Positions 61,888 through 64,000 of a stretch of 64,000 nucleotides of DNA are shown in pieces (position 1 is the stretch's first letter; each line of letters begins with the position of its first letter). The stretch lies in NCBI RefSeq assembly GCF_009914755.1, contig NC_060941.1. One strand, written 5' to 3'. A program made the translations under genes and the position numbers. Under the pieces are notes generated by a model. It made no database searches, was not told the origin of the DNA, and saw only the letters and a list, made by a program, of their open reading frames with translations. Origin of the DNA: the human T2T-CHM13v2.0 reference genome, Homo sapiens.

Positions 61888-62109
61888 TTAACTGAACCAG
61901 AAATGCAAGGAAACAACTTAATTCTTTTACATTTAGAAACCTGTCCAGCCACCTTCATTAATAATGAAGATTAGGGGAATAATTATTGAAACTCTATGAG
62001 ATTAATGTTTTTCCTCAGTGTTATCGCTGAAATTAAAGAACTTGAATATACTGTTGAATATAGAATGGTGAGAAGAGACAAGTAAAAAATATATATATTT
62101 GAATATATT

Positions 62110-62488
62110 TGATATGGTTTGGCTCCATGTCCCTACCCAAATCTCACCTTGAATTGTAGTTCCCATAATCCCCACAACGTCATGGGAGGGACCTAGTGGG
62201 AGGTAATTTAATCATGGTGGCGGTTACCCTCATGCTGTTCTTGTGACCAGTGAGTGAATTCTCATGAGATCTGATGGTTTTATAAGGGGCTTTTCTTTCT
62301 TTTGCTCAGTACTTCTCCTTCCTGCCATCACGTGAAGAAGGACGTGTTTGCTTCCCATCTGCCATGATTTTAAGTTCCCTGAGGCCTCCCCAGCACTGCA
62401 GAACTATGAGTCAATTACACCTCTTTCCTTTATAAATTACCAAGTCTCCGGCATGTCTTTATTAGCAGCACAAGAACAGACTAATACA
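62110..62488 (+). mobile_element. THE1-family MaLR solo LTR
   Basis: TGATATGGTTTGGCT...GAACAGACTAATACA termini; 5-bp TSD ATATT on both sides. Confidence 0.9.
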
Positions 62489-62709
62489 ATATTTGTCACT
62501 AATTCCCAGGACTGAAAAAGTGAGGACTTCTAGGAAGTAAAATTCTAAATACACGTTTATTGTGTCATTAAGATAACTTGGAGAGTATTGACTTTGAAAG
62601 GTTAGAACACAAATGCAGTCATTATGTAAAGCTAGATAGTATAACATAGTGGTTTAGGTTCACAGTTCAGACTCTGAAACTGTCTTGGCTCTGTCACCTC
62701 CCTGTGTGA

Positions 62710-63012
<303 letters not shown>

Positions 63013-63273
63013 TGATCTCTTGCCCTTGTGATCCGCCTGCCTCAGCCTCCCAAAGTGCTGGGATTACAGGCGTGAGCCACGGCGCCTGGTCTGAGAGTTT
63101 CAAAGGAACTAATTTGTGTACAGTGCTTAGCATAGTACCTGGCACCAAACAAGTTCACTGTAGTTGTTAGCTGTTACTGTGCATAAGAACTATGCAGAGA
63201 AATTTTAACTTTCCAAATGTGACAGCCACACCTGACCATCATTCTTACAATCAAGTGTCTGTGGTGTACCTAC

Positions 63274-63470
63274 TGCTATGGTTTGAATGTGTCCCCCAAA
63301 ATTTATATGTTAAAAACTCGATCCCCAATATGGAGGTGTTGGGAGGTAGAACCTTTAAGATGTGTTTAGGTCACGGGGGCACCACTCTCATGAATGGATT
63401 AGTGCTATTGTCATTATAAAGGAAGTAGGTCGTTATGGCAGGAGTGGGTTCCTTATAAAAGGATGTGTTT
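63274..63470 (+). mobile_element. MST/MLT1A-type MaLR LTR, 5' part
   Basis: TGCTATGGTTTGAATGTGTCCCCCAAAA start typical of MST/MLT1A. Confidence 0.65.
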
Positions 63471-63739
63471 GGGAGACGTTTGAGGTCTCTTTCCATCTCC
63501 TTATTCTGCAGCCCTATGATTAAACCTCTTTCTCTGCTGCAACCCAGTGTCTCACTATACTGACTTGCCACGTGGGATTACAATTTAGCAGTGATCCTAT
63601 GAAAAGATGCCCCTTGTGGGCATTTAACCATGGCTCAGTGCCCCCTTTGTGGCAGTCCAGGTTTCCATCAGCAGCCAGAACAATCTGGTTCCACTAACCC
63701 TTTACTATAATTTTGATGAATGCATATGTTAAACATTAA

Positions 63740-64000
<261 letters not shown>

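Overview
Mammalian (human-type), Alu-saturated genomic DNA containing the 5' coding half of TEX14 (testis-expressed 14: ankyrin repeats, pseudokinase domain, GPPX3Y motif) on the minus strand. I reconstructed 14 coding exons from the ATG (61857) down to 3412. They splice in frame into 2576 nt (about 858 codons); the non-coding first exon and the 3' exons lie outside the window. The introns are packed with Alus plus L1/L2/MIR fragments, MaLR/ERV LTRs and DNA-transposon fossils. The most notable non-coding content: (1) a divergent U3 snoRNA gene (41493-41688, minus strand) with a correctly spaced snRNA-type Pol II promoter (PSE at -61, octamer at about -220, GC box, local CpG retention) but damaged box B/C/C' and a 3' hairpin deletion. 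It lies 1.1 kb upstream of a TEX14 exon with a strong cryptic donor between them, which makes it a candidate snRNA-promoter-driven alternative TEX14 start. (2) A 33-nt U2 retro-fragment with target-site duplications. (3) A perfect palindromic estrogen response element with a nearby forkhead motif. (4) A GC-AG intron and an 18-nt tandem acceptor. Nearly all ORFs in the supplied track are Alu-derived artefacts. Gene and repeat names come from recognition, not from database searches.
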